The notes under the pieces are model-generated. The model made no database searches and had not been told where the DNA came from. It saw only the letters and a list, made by a program, of their open reading frames with translations. DNA of 64,000 nt from Octopus sinensis. Its lineage: Eukaryota. Positions 1 through 13,975 of this stretch are shown here, piece after piece (positions within the stretch are counted from its first letter, which is position 1; every line of letters begins with the position of its first letter). The DNA lies in NCBI RefSeq assembly GCF_006345805.1, contig NC_043000.1:85188001-85252000 (forward strand), read 5' to 3'. The translations under genes and the position numbers were made by a program.

Positions 1-960
1 AAGTAATATTTGTCTTAATTACCTTAATCTTAATGTTTGCTGGGACAAAACTTACTAAGTAACGCTGCCATAGTTATTAAACTAAGCCCCTTTTATAATA
101 GTTGCTGTTGTTTAGCCAGCTTAGTTTGGATCGAGCTAGCCTTCAGCTTTGACTACCACGCCTTCATAATATGTCCAGAATTATACATTGTCCGGTATAC
201 CAGGATATTGTTACGGGGGTGGGGTCCTGCCAGTATGTCGGATCAGGGTCCAGAAACCTGATTGTCTAACAGGCTTTTCTCTGTAATTAAAAAAAAATTT
301 AAGCATTCGCAGATTCCTTGAATATTAAAAAGTGAGCCCCATACTCCGGATAAAGTCTTGTTCTGCCTTGTGAAATTTGTGTTAATCTCTCGATCTTTGT
401 AAGACTGGGTTGAGGGAGATTTGGTTGCAGGTCGATCGGAGGTCCTGATGGATATATCCTTCATAGTAAGATGGTATTATTTGAGGGTAATTTGGCTGCT
501 TTTACTTGCAGATATTGCTGGGTACCCTCTGTTCTTCGTAGGATGATGTTAGAGGGCGATTTGGCTGCTATTATATGCAGGTCAGTTCTCAATGTGCTTT
601 GCAGTGTTTAGCTATAGCCTCTAGCGTAGCTAGAGTGTGTGCCGCCTGGGGTGGCTCTTTCGTTTGCCGCTCCCGGACCCCACAAAAACCACATTGTCTA
701 CAGCAGACCCAAAAGTACTACCCCTTTAGAAGTGCCGCTCCCGCCCCAGCTACGCTAATGGTTACAGCTCTTTATATCGTTGAGTTTAAGTCCTACCAAG
801 ACCAGCTTTGCTTTCATTCATTCTGCCAGAATCTGTAAAAGTAAGTACCAGTGAAGTACTAGTGTCAAATTAATCAACCAGGCTCTCGGCCCAAATTTGT
901 AGACGACCTCGTATTAATGTTAAAAATCAATATCTTCAGTGGGAGCTTTTAAACGCTTGG
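1..960. promoter_or_regulatory. CpG-retaining region, candidate promoter-proximal/unmethylated island
   Basis: About 25 CpG in the first 960 bp by manual count versus about 4-5 per kb around 3000-4000; GC-box-like TCCCGCCCC near 738-747. No TSS is visible. Confidence 0.3.
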
Positions 961-1454
961 ATGGACAGGTGTATAACAAATACAACGCAATTTTATTTAG
1001 AAATGCTAAATACCATGCACTATTTTGTTTTCATCCACCTACTTTCTGAAGTTCAAATCCTTCAGCACTCCATAACGCACTCAATACTCTAATATCAAAA
1101 TAGTTCTTGTTTAACTCAAAGAAGGTCTATGGTCCGAAGTATTCCAGCGACGACTTTTTTTTTTTTTTTTTTTCATGTATATTAAATCTGAAATAAGTGT
1201 AATTTGGGGGAGATTTAGCTATTTCTAGCAGGTCAAACATCTACATATGGACTCCTTTGTTAGCCCTTAATCAACCTGTTTACTTGGCTGTTCTTTTATC
1301 ATCTCTGGGATAGTAAAAAGTTAAATTCCTATCTTCAGTGAGAATTGAACTCTTATATAAATGGGCAAAACTAAATACCACAAAACATTTAGCTCTACCA
1401 GTTTAGCATCCTTATTCAGTTATTATTATTGTTATTCTTCTTTTCAACCCTTTC

Positions 1455-2392
1455 TGATACATTGAATTCACTTCCTGCCAAATGCAATTTTGCTATTCAT
1501 CCTTTCAGGGCCAATAAAAATACCCGTTAAGTATTAGGATTGTTGTATTTGACTGAGCCCCTCCCTCTAAAAATTGCAGGTCTTTTGTTAAAATTTGGTG
1601 GCGAACTGACACTCATTAACACACCAGCCAAAAGGCTTACTGGCATTTCGTCCATCTTTACATCCTGAGTTCAAATACCACTAGGGTCAACTTTGCCTTT
1701 TAACTTTTCAAGATCAATGAAATAAATACCAGTTGACCACATGTCAATGTAATCGACTTAACCGACCCCACTGAAATTTCTGACTTTGTGTACAATTTGA
1801 AACCATTATTATGATGGTGAGCTGGCAGAATTGTTAGCATGCAGGACAAAATACTGAACACCATTTTTATGTTCTGAGTTCAAATTCTGCCAAGATCGAC
1901 TTCACCTTTCATCTTTTCAGGGTTGACTAGCACTCCCATAAAATTTCAGGCTTTGTACATATTGTGGAAAGTATTATTTGGAATGTGAGCTAACAGAATC
2001 ATTAGGTGTCAGACAAAATGCTCAGCATTTTTTTTTCCAGCTCTTTACATTCTGAGTATCACCTCGTCGAGGTCAACTTTGCCTTTCATCCTTTTGGGGT
2101 TGATAAAATGAGTACCAATTCAGTACTGGCATCAGTGTAAGACCCTTCCTCCAGAATTTCAGGTTTTGACCTATAGTAGTATTATTGTTTGGAGGGTGTT
2201 GGATTGACAGAATTGTTAGTGTTGGATAAAAAGCTTTGCAGGATTTCTTCCGGTTCTTAACATTCTGAGATCCAAATTTGCTGAGGTCATCTTAACCTTT
2301 CATCCTTTCAGGGTCAATATAACAAGTACTAGTCAAGTACTGTAATCATCCTGTCCTCTCCCTTAAAAATTGCAAGTCTTGTGTCAAAATTA
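1455..2392 (+). mobile_element. Head-to-tail train of five diverged tRNA-derived SINEs (called family B here)
   Basis: Repeated head/B-box/core (GAGCTGGCAGAAT..., CTGAGTTCAAAT..., CTTTGCCTTTCATCCTTT, AAGTACCAG) at ~1455, 1598, 1812, 1982 and 2190, all in the same orientation. Confidence 0.8.
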
Positions 2393-2395
2393 AGC

Positions 2396-2675
2396 AAAGC
2401 TGCCAGGTTGAGAAGTTTACTTCTTAACCACATAGTTTTGGGTTCAGTCCCATTGCATGGTAACTTAAACGAGTGTCTTTTACTATATCCCCAGGTCAAC
2501 CAAGGCTCCATGATTGGATTTGATAGATGAAAACTGAAAGAAACTTATGTGTTTGCGTCTCCTTTCTTGACATTGCGTGATACTTGTAAATGAGTACCAT
2601 TGTCATACAGGCAGTATCATTCATTTCTTATATTCTGCAAAACCATGGACAAGTGAATGTCAAAATGATGATTTC
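2396..2675 (+). mobile_element. tRNA-derived SINE (family A) with RTE-type tail
   Basis: GGGTTCAGTCCCATTGCATGG B-box region, GAAAACTGAAAGAA core, ends ...TCAAAATGATGAT. Confidence 0.75.
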
Positions 2676-4687
2676 GAAAGCCAGTGAACATCAGAATTAG
2701 TAAAACATCACAGAGAAAATGTGTTGCTATATTTAGTCATGCCCCTTTACATTCCAAATTCAGACACTGTCAACATTGTCTCTTGTCCTTCCAGATTCAG
2801 TAAAATAGACTTGTTAAGAAGTGGATCTGCTGTAATAAATTTGTGTGCTTGCACCTATGTTGTCAATCCAGATTAATGATATCATGGTTGGATTAGAAGT
2901 TTGCCTGAACAACAATCCCTGTAATAATTATTAATTCCCTTCAAGTAATGTTGTTCTGTTCGAGTTTTGGATCTACAAGTAAAAAATATAGTACAGAACC
3001 TCTTGTCTGGCTTCCAAAATGTGGGAATACTATGCAATATCTATTTACTGTACTATATAATTGAGTAAATAGACCCTGTTTTTGAAGTTGGTCAATTTGC
3101 ATAGTGTGTTAATAATTTCATTTGTTATTTTTTAAGCAGATTGGTAAAGATTAAACATACTTTGCTTTAGAATTGTATTAATTTGTACCTGTATCTGTTA
3201 AATAAAATTAAGTTCTTTGCTTTTCTTTTGATTTCTATCTTAATAAACATTATATTGTACACAAGAATTTTAAGTGGATTAATAAATATCAAACAGACTC
3301 TGCTTTAGATGTGTATTAATTTGAATGTTAAATTTATTTCTTTACTTTTCTTAGTTTAGTTTATATTTTAAGTATACATTTAAACTGTCTCCACATAAGC
3401 TAGTTATCCGAGATACTTTGAGTCTAAAGCTTGCCAGATAATTCGTTTGGTACTGTATAAGATGTTAATAAAAGCCTCTTTGTCATGAAACAAAATAAAT
3501 ACCATGGACTCTGCTCACATTGGTCCAGTCCTTCCTTCTCTTTTCTATATAGATACTAGTGTAGCATGGGTCAAGAATGATGTGTGTATAGAATAAATTT
3601 TAGTAGAAATGTTTATGAGAGATGAGGTTTTCAAAAACAAAAAAGTAAAATTAGTACGAGGTCAATAGTCTCTCTCTCTCTCCAAATGACTCTCCTGAAT
3701 GAGCCAACCAACAGACTGAGTTGGTTATTTTATAGAGATGAATCAACCAACAAAGCAGCCTTTACACACCAAGACCAGTCAACTTGTTAAAATAGTTAAA
3801 TCTTTCTCTTCGAATAAGCCCTCACTGTTATAAGTACAATAGCCACTCATGAAGATTTCAAAAACAATGAAACTATAAACTATATCAATTTCAAATTGGA
3901 GCATTATAATAACTTATTCAATGGTTTACAATTCTCAATTTCACTACTAATGACTTCAATTTTATTGAGCTTACTTTCACTGTGTCAGTCTTGATCAAAC
4001 ATACTTATGATCATCAGTGGTCCTGGCCATAGCCATTTCATTTTTTTGTATATCAGGGGCTACACAATGTAGTTTTGGTTTTTGTCTTTTAAAGGATCGA
4101 AGTCACAGCTGTTTATCTAACATTCTTTGGTTGCATCTGCCAATAATTGAAGATTAAACCCTGCTGTCGTTGTCAGTAACATTCATTTCTCAGGTGTGAG
4201 AGTAAATTCTAATTGGTTTAGTTCGATAGACTGTTTTGTCTCTAACGATATTTGTTACGCTTAATCAGGGAGAGATTATTAACCTTAATTAAAAATAATA
4301 TTATGAATGTCAAAAGTTTTATATTTATTTATCAACTGAGAAATATGCCAAGAATTTATTTTTGAATTATCAAGAATTGAATACATTGTGATAGCAGTGG
4401 CTAAAAAAATATCTGTGGCAAAAACCTTGTAACAAATGTTACAAAATATTAAATTTATTTTATCTGAAAATTTTATATAGATTCTTCTTGTGTCTTTACA
4501 GCAAAATGAAATTATTCTGATTGTTGTTCTAATTAATTAAAAATGAAATATGGCATAATTTAATGAGAATTTCTTCAGCATACTATCTTTTATGTATCAT
4601 GGTAAATGCTGTGTTTTGCTAGAAAACTAAAAGAAAAGAACTTGAGAATTAATACTCATTACTATTCTTTGTACCAAAATTGTAATA

Positions 4688-4871
4688 CAGTAATCCCTCA
4701 CCATATCACGGTTCACCTATTGCGCACTCAGTACATCACGGTTCACCTATCGTGGACTCCTTAGTATATCGTGGGTTTCTGTGGCCAATAGGTATTTATA
4801 TTTTTTTAGATTTTAATTATTTCTGTGAGAGGTTTTGGAACATAACAGCCACAATAGTCGAGGGATTACTG
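4688..4871. mobile_element. Tigger/pogo-type (Tc1-mariner) MITE
   Basis: TIR CAGTAATCCCTC / GAGGGATTACTG with TA on both sides (4686-87, 4872-73). Confidence 0.8.
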
Positions 4872-5979
4872 TACTCTTTTAATACTTTGGGACAGGGAAC
4901 ACCCTAAATCCAGTATTTATAATGTAGCAGCAAGGCCACAAAGTTTATACAGTCTGGAACAAGATGATTCTATTAAACTCAATATTTTACCATTTGTTTG
5001 TATTGCCGAACCCCGAACAATGGAAAACTAAATTATTCAGACTCATCAGGACCGATGAAATTATGCTATGACTTGGTACAAATGCTAGCACTAGAGAGGA
5101 CCCCATTAAAGGTACACATAGGCTAGGTGGAGGTTTTAAGCCAAATACAGGAACCCTGCAGTCTGCTTCCACATAGCTTTCATCTACAAGGCTATTGCAG
5201 TAGACACTAAAGGAACCACATTGTTGGACTCCAAAATCCATGGAATGGGGAAGCAAATTTACTCACTTATACAGCCATGTCTGCCCTTTTAATTCTAAAG
5301 CTAAGTTGGTTGGATTTGTTAGTATCTCTGCTGCTAATTTTGCACAAGTTTATGAATATTAGGTATTGCTAAAGCCAATTGCTTTAAATATTTCTTGTGT
5401 TTCCATTTAAGTCCCACAGCTATTGATAAGAAGGATTCATATGAACATTACTGAACATTTTTTTGATACCGACCTGCTTGAGACCATTTTTAATAAAGTG
5501 GTTTAAATTAAAACCTTCCTTCAAAATTTCATGTTCATTTCTGTTCCAAACTTGAGCTTAATAATATCAGTTATTTTACTAAATTCTTCATTTTACAAAA
5601 TTAATTGAAGCAAAAGCAGTGTACTTCAGTGGAAATATAGTAACAAGAGTTATAACTATCTATCTTTGAAACTTGTTTTATGAAATGTATAATAAATATA
5701 CTGTGTTATCATGCCTTCAAAATGATTAAGTATGGTTTCTAAAAACTAGCTTTGCGCATCTCTCTCAGAATACTTTTTTTTCTCTCCAAACTATTCTTCT
5801 TCATACTTAATAATCGTTTCTGCTGCTTTTCTTTACCAATTTTTAAAATCTTTTTTCGTACATAGAGATTAACTTTCTGAATCTTATGTACAATATTATT
5901 TGTGCAAAGGGCTAGACTTTTAATTCAGAGCAAAATATTTTAATCTAAACACTTTCAAAGTTATATGTATTCTATATAT

Positions 5980-6905
5980 CAGTGGTTTCCACTGCAAATT
6001 CAAAACAACTGTGTTTCACAAATAAAACTTAACCTAATTGACCCATTATTTTGTTGTTACAATATGAAAGACTAATTTTACATCCCACCTGTAACTACAT
6101 TGTTTTAATATTTTTAATGCAATAGATGTACATTATGCAGAGATATCATCTTCTGGCTGAAAGGTACTGAAAAGTAGTCTTAGCTGACTGTATTCAATAA
6201 TTTTTAATCTGTTTCTTTGCTCAGAAAAAATCTGGACAACTCCACTGAAGCCCTGCTCTACAAAACATGCTGTTGAGAAGGCAATAAAGTACATTTTGAC
6301 TTCATCCCACAATGCAGAGTAGCAGTCAGAAAGGTCCTTTTGCAATCAAAAATCCTGGCATGATTTGTTTGAACTTTAGTTTCAGCTCAATGTCATTTTA
6401 AAGTGAAATAAGTTCGTCCACTATTCTTGTTTCCTCATTACTGATGTCTAGGAAACATCCAGGCTGGCATTGTAATCAAAAATAAATATCCTAAAATCTA
6501 TCAAATATGTCTCTGTGCAGCTCATCCAGGTGTGAGCAATACACTTGAATACCATTTGGTATGTGCCTTTCCTTCTCCAATTCAGAGAGGCTCAGCAACT
6601 GGAAGGAATTAATAATTGTTTGTTGAATTTGAATAGCTGTTAACTTGGATAGAAACTTGGAGAGGGCTCATTTTACTTTGGTAAGATTTAATTTCATTTC
6701 CTTGTAGTTGCAAATTAATTTCATTGAACTTTGGGTGGGAATATATCTGCCACATAAACGTTTCTTGATTCATCACAAAGGACAGAATAAGTCTTGCAAG
6801 AATTCAACAACTGTTTTAAAAAAGGAATAGAAACTTTCAGGCAGTTTCCTTTTGACAGACATCAAACTTCTGTGTGCAACAACAAGCATTCATAATCATT
6901 ATCAT
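5980..6905 (-). mobile_element. hAT (Charlie/Buster-like) transposase relic
   Basis: Minus-strand peptides LLLHTEV*CLSKGNCL and YSALWDEVKMYFIAFSTACFVEQGFSGVVQIFSEQRNRLKI resemble the hAT catalytic and C-terminal dimerisation regions; many stops; CAGTGGTTTCC TIR-like end at 5980. Confidence 0.8.
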
Positions 6906-9900
6906 TCTCAGTACAAGATGGTATCAAAAAGTTCCTGGTCTAATTCTGTAGCACACCAACAGATGGCAACACATGTTTGTATGTGCAGTGAGTGAGAGCT
7001 TGCGGTGACCTTCATGAGGCAGTGTACCAAGTGACAAAACACAAACATGCCAAGTTTCCAAAACATAAATTAGAAAAAATTGTAGAAGACATTGAAAAAC
7101 AAGAACAGTGAGCTCCAGTTCAAACTCTTTTATGATAATGTGTACTCTACCAATTCTAAAAAAAATTATGGTAATAATTTATATTTAAAATAGTTATTTT
7201 AATCAATGTACGAGTCTGTTGAGTCAGGCCTCATTTTTAAAAACAAATAGACAAATTCTGATTACTATTACATTCATAAAATCCATTAAAATAATTGTAT
7301 ACTTATTTACTTAGAATTAAAGTCAAAATACCAAATTATGGAAGATATGAAGAATTTTTTACCTTTACCCTGAATTTTGGGGGCTAAAACTATATATTCA
7401 AGGTATTATTTATGTCAAATACATTCAAGTCAAATTGTAGTTGGTAAAAAAAAATGATTTGTTTAGTAATCAATCTCTCTCTCTCTCTCGTATGTATGTA
7501 TGTATGTATGTATGTATATATACATTATAAATATATTACACACATATCCATACATGTACACAAATGTGTGTGTGTGTGTTTATGGTCTTAACAGATTACT
7601 TCTCCACTCAGTATTGTTTAAGGATTTGGGCTTGTAGAATGACCATTAGTTTCATCACTGATGCCAAATATGTGTGCGTGTTTGTGTGAAAAAGAGATGA
7701 TAAAGGACTAAATGATTCCTTTGTCATCTCTCTCTTATTACTGATCTATTCTCAGCTAGCACTTCGATCCAAAACACACATATTGAATTCTACATCAGGT
7801 TATTAGTCTTGCAATACCTAAGTGTAATATATATATATTGATGTTTTTGTCTTTCTAGGGAATTCTCTTAGGTATTTTAGGATCAACTTCACTGATAAAC
7901 TTTTCGTATTTCTTATATATATATATATATATTTATGTTCTTGCTTAAAGTTAATGTTCTTAAAGCATTTTTCAGATTGATTTTTAAGCTCTATTTTCTA
8001 AACCCGAGTACCACTGAAAAATAGAGGGTGGGAAGCATTGTCGTCCATTGCCCCAGTTTTCTTCAATGTCCTTGCTGAATCTTTCAACCACCCACAAGGG
8101 TGGTAGTACCACTGTCTTATATCAATGTAGTTTTTAAGAGGTTTATTTCAGTCTTCTGGATTGTTTGTCGCTAACTTAATATTTGCATTGACATAGTTTC
8201 TTCCATCAGCAAAAGGTCAGTTAAGGTAATATTGATAATGTATTAACTGACTGGAATGATAGTCAACTCCATTTGGGTTGGAACATAGCACTATTCAATA
8301 AGAAATTGTTCTTACCTTGTATTCTGCTGAGTGGGCAGTACCCATGAATATTTTGATATTAACAAATGATTTTGGAGTTATTTATTTTTCCATTTGGAAA
8401 CCTTTCTAAATGCCAGCCATTTTTTAGTGTTAGACTAGAGCATGTAGTGTTAATTAAAGGGATAAAATGCCCAGACAGATATTAGTATTAGTCAACTAGC
8501 TTATGTATAATATATTAAAATCTGCTACAGTTGTTTGTCTTTGAGTAAGACATTTTCTGTACCTCTAGTTTTCTTATGACAGCATATTTTCTTTACTTCT
8601 GTTAAGTGTTAGAGGTACAGTCCTTCGAAAATCTGGTTAAAAAAAAAAATTGACTAACATCCTTGCCAAGGGCAAATTTCTTTCTCATATGATTATCATT
8701 TAAACATGTGAAAACTTCATGTATGCATGTACAGATTCTGGAAGTACGAAGGCAACAATACTATTTGATAAATGCCTTGAAATATTTTTTAATTACATCT
8801 TCTAGCATCTAACGTTAAATTCTGTTGTGATTATTTTTCAGTTTATAATATAAATCACCTACTGAGGCCAATTTGGCTTTATAAAACAGATCTATGGCCT
8901 TGTACCAATATAGGAAATTATGACCATTAAGCAGCTTGCCAAATGCTAGAGTGCAGTTGGCACTTTAGCTAACCAGTTATAAGGTAGATTTTATATCAGG
9001 AGAATCTTTTTTTTTTTTTTTTTTGTATTTCTACATCTTGTACAAAAGTCATCAAGTTTAGTTGGACACTACAAAAAGATAGTGGATTTTTATTCCAAAT
9101 GTATTAGTATTGGTCTGGTCCATACCAGCATGGAAAGCAAACATTAAATAATAATGATGTCTAAAAATAAACAAGTCATGACAAATGGCTCACAGATTGT
9201 CAAGGTGTATCCTCCATGGTCTCTTCTATTGCTTCTTTGACAACCTTTGTTCCTCTTAATATATTCTGCTATGACTTAGATACATCAATTCAATAGTCTT
9301 CATTGCTGCAATTGTGTCACATCACATTAACCTGGACATTTTCTTAGTTTTTATCTCCGTTCATTTTCATTTTGTTTCCATCTGCCTACAAAGCAACATT
9401 ATTTCAAAACTCTTATTTTATTCACACCAGTTATTTCCTACTTCCAGTCTCAGAACTTCTAAAATTATTGTAGAAGCTATGTGTTCTTAACGTTAACTTC
9501 TTTAAAACACTGAAAGTCAGAAAAAGAAGCCTCTTGCATGTATGTGTGTGTATGCCTGATGTATTCATGTGTCTGGTCATGGGAAAATGTGAGCTTGCTT
9601 GGGAAAAAGTGAGGGTTGGTGATAAGAAGGGCATAGAAAATCTGTATCAAAACTTTACACAACCCATACAAGCATGAAAAAGTAGATGTTAAAATATGCA
9701 TTCATCATTATTGTTTTAAAGCATACTTTTTCTGGAAGCCTTTAATGTCACAAAATCCATGACTGTTTCCAAATGCAGTATAATAGACTCCCAGACCAAC
9801 AAACAGCTCAGATATGTCTATGTGGAGAATAGGGAAACAAACAACTCAGTATGAACATATTAAGACTTCAAGAACTCAGATGTGTGTTTGCGGTGGGCTA

Positions 9901-10840
9901 AATGCAAGCAATATTAGCAAAGCTTTCGTTTATATTCAGTGAAGACATGTAAACAAGAAAGTATCCTCTCCCTTTCTCAAACATGCACATATGTGTCCGA
10001 TTGTCAGATCTAGAAGACTTTAGTTGGCCCAAGGTTATTGTAGAAGGCTTTTTGTGTATATATGGTTGTGTACATATATATATATATATATGTGTGTGTG
10101 TATAAATATACATATATACACTAAGATATATGGCGCATTGTGTTTTCGTATGTGTGTATATATACACACACACACACACACACCGAGATAAGTGGCATGC
10201 TCACCACAACAGATTGATATCCTAAGGCCAAGGTGCCATGTAAAAAGCATTGGTGTGGGTGCTGATGCCATGTATATAAAAAGCACCTGGTCCACTCTGT
10301 AAAGTGGTTGGTATTAGGAAGGTCATCCATAGAAACCAAGCCAAAACAGACCATGGTACCTGGTGCAATCCCTGGTCTTGCCATTCCCTGTCAAGCCATC
10401 CAACCCATGCCAGCATGGAAAACAAGTATTAAATGTTTATATATAGAAAATATAGTTAAGGACAAAAGAGATTTTTCATTTAATATGCACAGTAATACTA
10501 AACATACATTTGTAAATACCATTTAAACGGTAGGATTACCAAAATATTCTCTCCCAACTCTGAGGCCTTTGCAGATCCAACAAGCATGCTATTTTACCAA
10601 CTGAACATCAATAAAACTGCAATAAAAGTGAGGATACATGGGTCAATGTAGGAATCTCAATCATTTGATACTCAGGAAATAACTGCCAAACTGTCCTCAA
10701 ACATTATCTATTCTCTTGTGAGAGAAGGGACACAATGGTCAGTGTAGTCTTGGATACAGAAAAATGGCAATGGTCAAGGCTGAAATGTATTTGCAACTTG
10801 ATCTGAAGTTAGGGTTGATTTGTTGCCAAGCAACAATTAA

Positions 10841-11062
10841 CCTTTCTGATACTAACTCACCTTAGATTTGCATTTACTCTATGGTATAAACTTTTTAAAC
10901 TAAGTGATTTAAGTTTATAATCTATCAAAATTTCATGTTAATTTATGTTCCAAATACTAGCTTTAATAATAATAATAATGTTATTTTTACTAAATTCCTC
11001 AATATTTTCAATGTCAGTTGAAATAATGGCAGTGTATGTTAACAAATATAGTAACAAAAGGG
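10841..11062. mobile_element. piggyBac-like MITE
   Basis: TTAA-CCTTTCTGATAC ... GTAACAAAAGGG-TTTAA ends; similar to the copy at 20299. Confidence 0.6.
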
Positions 11063-12032
11063 TTTAAGAAGTACACCAATTATCTGAGTAATGAGTGGTT
11101 CCATGATATGATTCCTCATAGAAGCTAGTATGTTCTCTTTTTACATAAATTTCACTTTTACTCCCATTGTAGCAAGATTTTTTAGTTTGATTGTATTTAT
11201 TTTATAAGCAAAAGTTGACCACCAAGAAATATGAAGTAAGCTCTGTACCATAGCTTAGAAATTTATACAAGAATTACTATGTATATATAATTGTTTTGCT
11301 GAATGGATTGGATGCTTCAACAGGATCCAATGGGTCAGCAGACCACATTTTACTCCAATGTTTCATTTTTGGCACTGTTTCATCATCATCATTTAATGTC
11401 CATTTTACAAATGCTTGCATGGGTCAGATGGAATTTAAGGCAGATTTTCTACAACCAAATATCACTTGTTTCCAAGCCAGGTAATATTTCCCCATGGCCA
11501 GACATGTTTTTGCATAAGACTGAAAATGAACCACTTGTATAACAAAGCATATTTACAAACATCACATGATATAAACAAGGGTACACCCAAATACAATGGG
11601 CTTTTAACTCCAGCCCTTTTTTGACAATTGTTATTTCATTTCTAATATAGTAAAAGATACACACAATGCACACCATAGGCTTCTACACAGTTTCTGTCTA
11701 CCAAATTTTATTCTCATGAAGTGGGGTGGAACTCAGGACCATGTGGATATAATGCATGCTTCTTTAGATTACAAATGATTATTGTATCAATTTCAAACTA
11801 TCAAGTCTTTGGCAATGTTTATTCTTAGAACTAGCTCTGGGCCAATTAGCATTTATTAAAATCTAAACTGGCTAGTAAGTGTTGAACATTGATAAAATAA
11901 AATTTTTTTAAATTAAGAGCAAAAGATAAAATTCTGAATTAGTAATTAAAAAATAATTTCATATTAATTATTAGGCCTACTTCTAAATCATCAAATCTGT
12001 TAAATGCACAAGCCAAGTAAGGAGCCCTTTGT

Positions 12033-12327
12033 ATCAGTTCTCAAGCATTTTTTTATCTATGGATCCCTTTGATTACTATTTTATTCTGGTGGACCCCATA
12101 ACCATTTGATGTTTAAACACAAGTTCCTATTTTGTTTATCACACATTAAATTGTGTTGGTTGAACTATGTAAAATGTCAAAGAAATTTAGCTGTTTCTTG
12201 CAATAAATACCAATACGTCTAAAGCAAGTTTTTCAGAGGCCCTTAAAATACTATTTGGATCCCTAATTTACAATTTTGTTACATGGACCCCCAAAAATTT
12301 TATATGGATCCTGGTTGAGAACCACTG
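12033..12327. mobile_element. hAT-type MITE
   Basis: Right TIR GGTTGAGAACCACTG, degenerate left TIR, 8-bp TSD CCCTTTGT/CCCTATAT; the paralogous empty site is at ~13358-13368. Confidence 0.75.
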
Positions 12328-12828
12328 CCCTATATGATAGTTCCACCCATTTGTCTTTTTTAAATACAGAATGTTTGGTCCAAATCAATGGTTATTCTGA
12401 GGGACACTAAATGAATGTTTTATATGGTTGTCTAGAGAATTTCTCTTGCCTCTCTTTCCTTCACCCAATATATGATGGACTTCTTTCAGTTTCTGTCTAC
12501 CAAATCCACTAACAAGACCTTGGTCAGTATAGGGCTATGGTAGAAGATACCCACCAAAGGTGTCATGCAATAGGACTGAACCCAAAACTATGTGACTGAG
12601 AAGCAAGCTTAATCACACAGCCATATTTGTGCCTGTGTGTGTGTGTGTGTTTGCTATTAAGTTACCTTATCACCAGGGAAAGATGTTTCTATATTGCTGT
12701 TCATGGAAGCTATGCTAATATAGTTTGCAGAAGTGTCAGGGCTATATATGGCTAACCCATTTGTAGAAGGTTCAGTAGGAATGAAGGTTGGTGCATATGT
12801 GGTTAGAAATAACAAGTTACAGTATTAA

Positions 12829-13036
12829 CCCTTTAGCATTTAAACCAGCCAAAATAATCTCCTTATTTTATTTTCAAACTTGCCAGATCTGGCCTCTGAC
12901 ACCTACCCTGTAACGTCATTCTAAAAATAAATAATCATACCATTGAAATCTTCAAGTTATGAGATAATGTATGGTTAATTTAAATCAATGCCAATAAATA
13001 AGCATTACATTTGACAGATACTTCAATGCTAAAGGG
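12829..13036. mobile_element. piggyBac-like MITE
   Basis: TTAA-CCCTTTAGCATT ... AATGCTAAAGGG-(C)TTAA. Confidence 0.75.
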
Positions 13037-13654
13037 CTTAAGGAATGTAGGAAACGACAAACTCCTAGGACACATGTTGTGATTGCAGGAAATGACTGCT
13101 ATGTAAAATAGCTGTAACTTATAGTGGGTGAATTAGCTAGGAATTTTTTTTAATTATATAATGATTAGAAGAAGTGTAGCTGGAGAAAGACAATCTAGTA
13201 AATATTGAATAATGGTAAAATAAAATGTTAAAAAATTAAGAGCAAAAGTGAGGGGAAATCTTGTTTTACTGAATTAGTAATTAAAAATAATTTCATATTA
13301 ATTGTTAGGCCTACATCTAAGTCATCAAATCTGTTAAATACACAAGCCAAGTTGGGAGCCCCTATATGGTAGCTTCACCCGCTAAAAACAACAACCATTT
13401 CTCACCATACCATCTTGAAAAAGGGACAGAACCTTTCAATAATGTATTTCCGGGTGCTTCCATGTTCAGGTCCAACCTGGAGCAAACAACAACAACCACC
13501 ACCTTTTAAAATGTTAACTCTTTACTTAAAAAAAATTTCTGTTTTTATGCCTAATAAATACTACAGACATGGCTAGAAAATGTTCAACCAGTCACAACTG
13601 ACAAACTAGTAGATATCTGTTTATATGGACATGAGTGTGTGTACATATACATAC

Positions 13655-13975
13655 AAGGGTTGTACTGAAAGTAAAGCAAAAGGGGTATAACTTTTTTTTA
13701 TTGATCTAGGTCATAAAAATAGCTCATGTTGGTAGAATATCTCTTCTATACAAAGGTACTACTTAACATAGGTGTCCATCACAAACAATACATTTGTGCT
13801 ATAAATGCCCCCAAACTTTTGAAGCCTCTATGAAAAGATTCAGGTGTGCACTGTTAAACCTGCTTCTTCACAGTCACTTTTACCTCATCCATGTCATCAA
13901 ATCATTATCCCCAAAGACTACTGACCAGCCTAATTCATTGCCAAAGATGTGTGTGGATGGTGAACAAGGATAGTT
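13655..13975 (-). mobile_element. Mariner relic (C-terminal transposase fragment)
   Basis: Minus-strand FDDMDEVKVTVKK-like peptide and a TACAAGGGTTGTAC TIR-like end; highly degraded. Confidence 0.45.

Noticed and set aside
2872-2934. Peptide INDIMVGLEVCLNNNPCNNY resembling the membrane-proximal region of classical cadherins
   Set aside because: Only 20 codons, bounded by stops, with no donor; likely chance.
4987-5256. 89-aa minus-strand ORF in GC-richer DNA
   Set aside because: No recognisable domain or consistent splice context; probably an old repeat.
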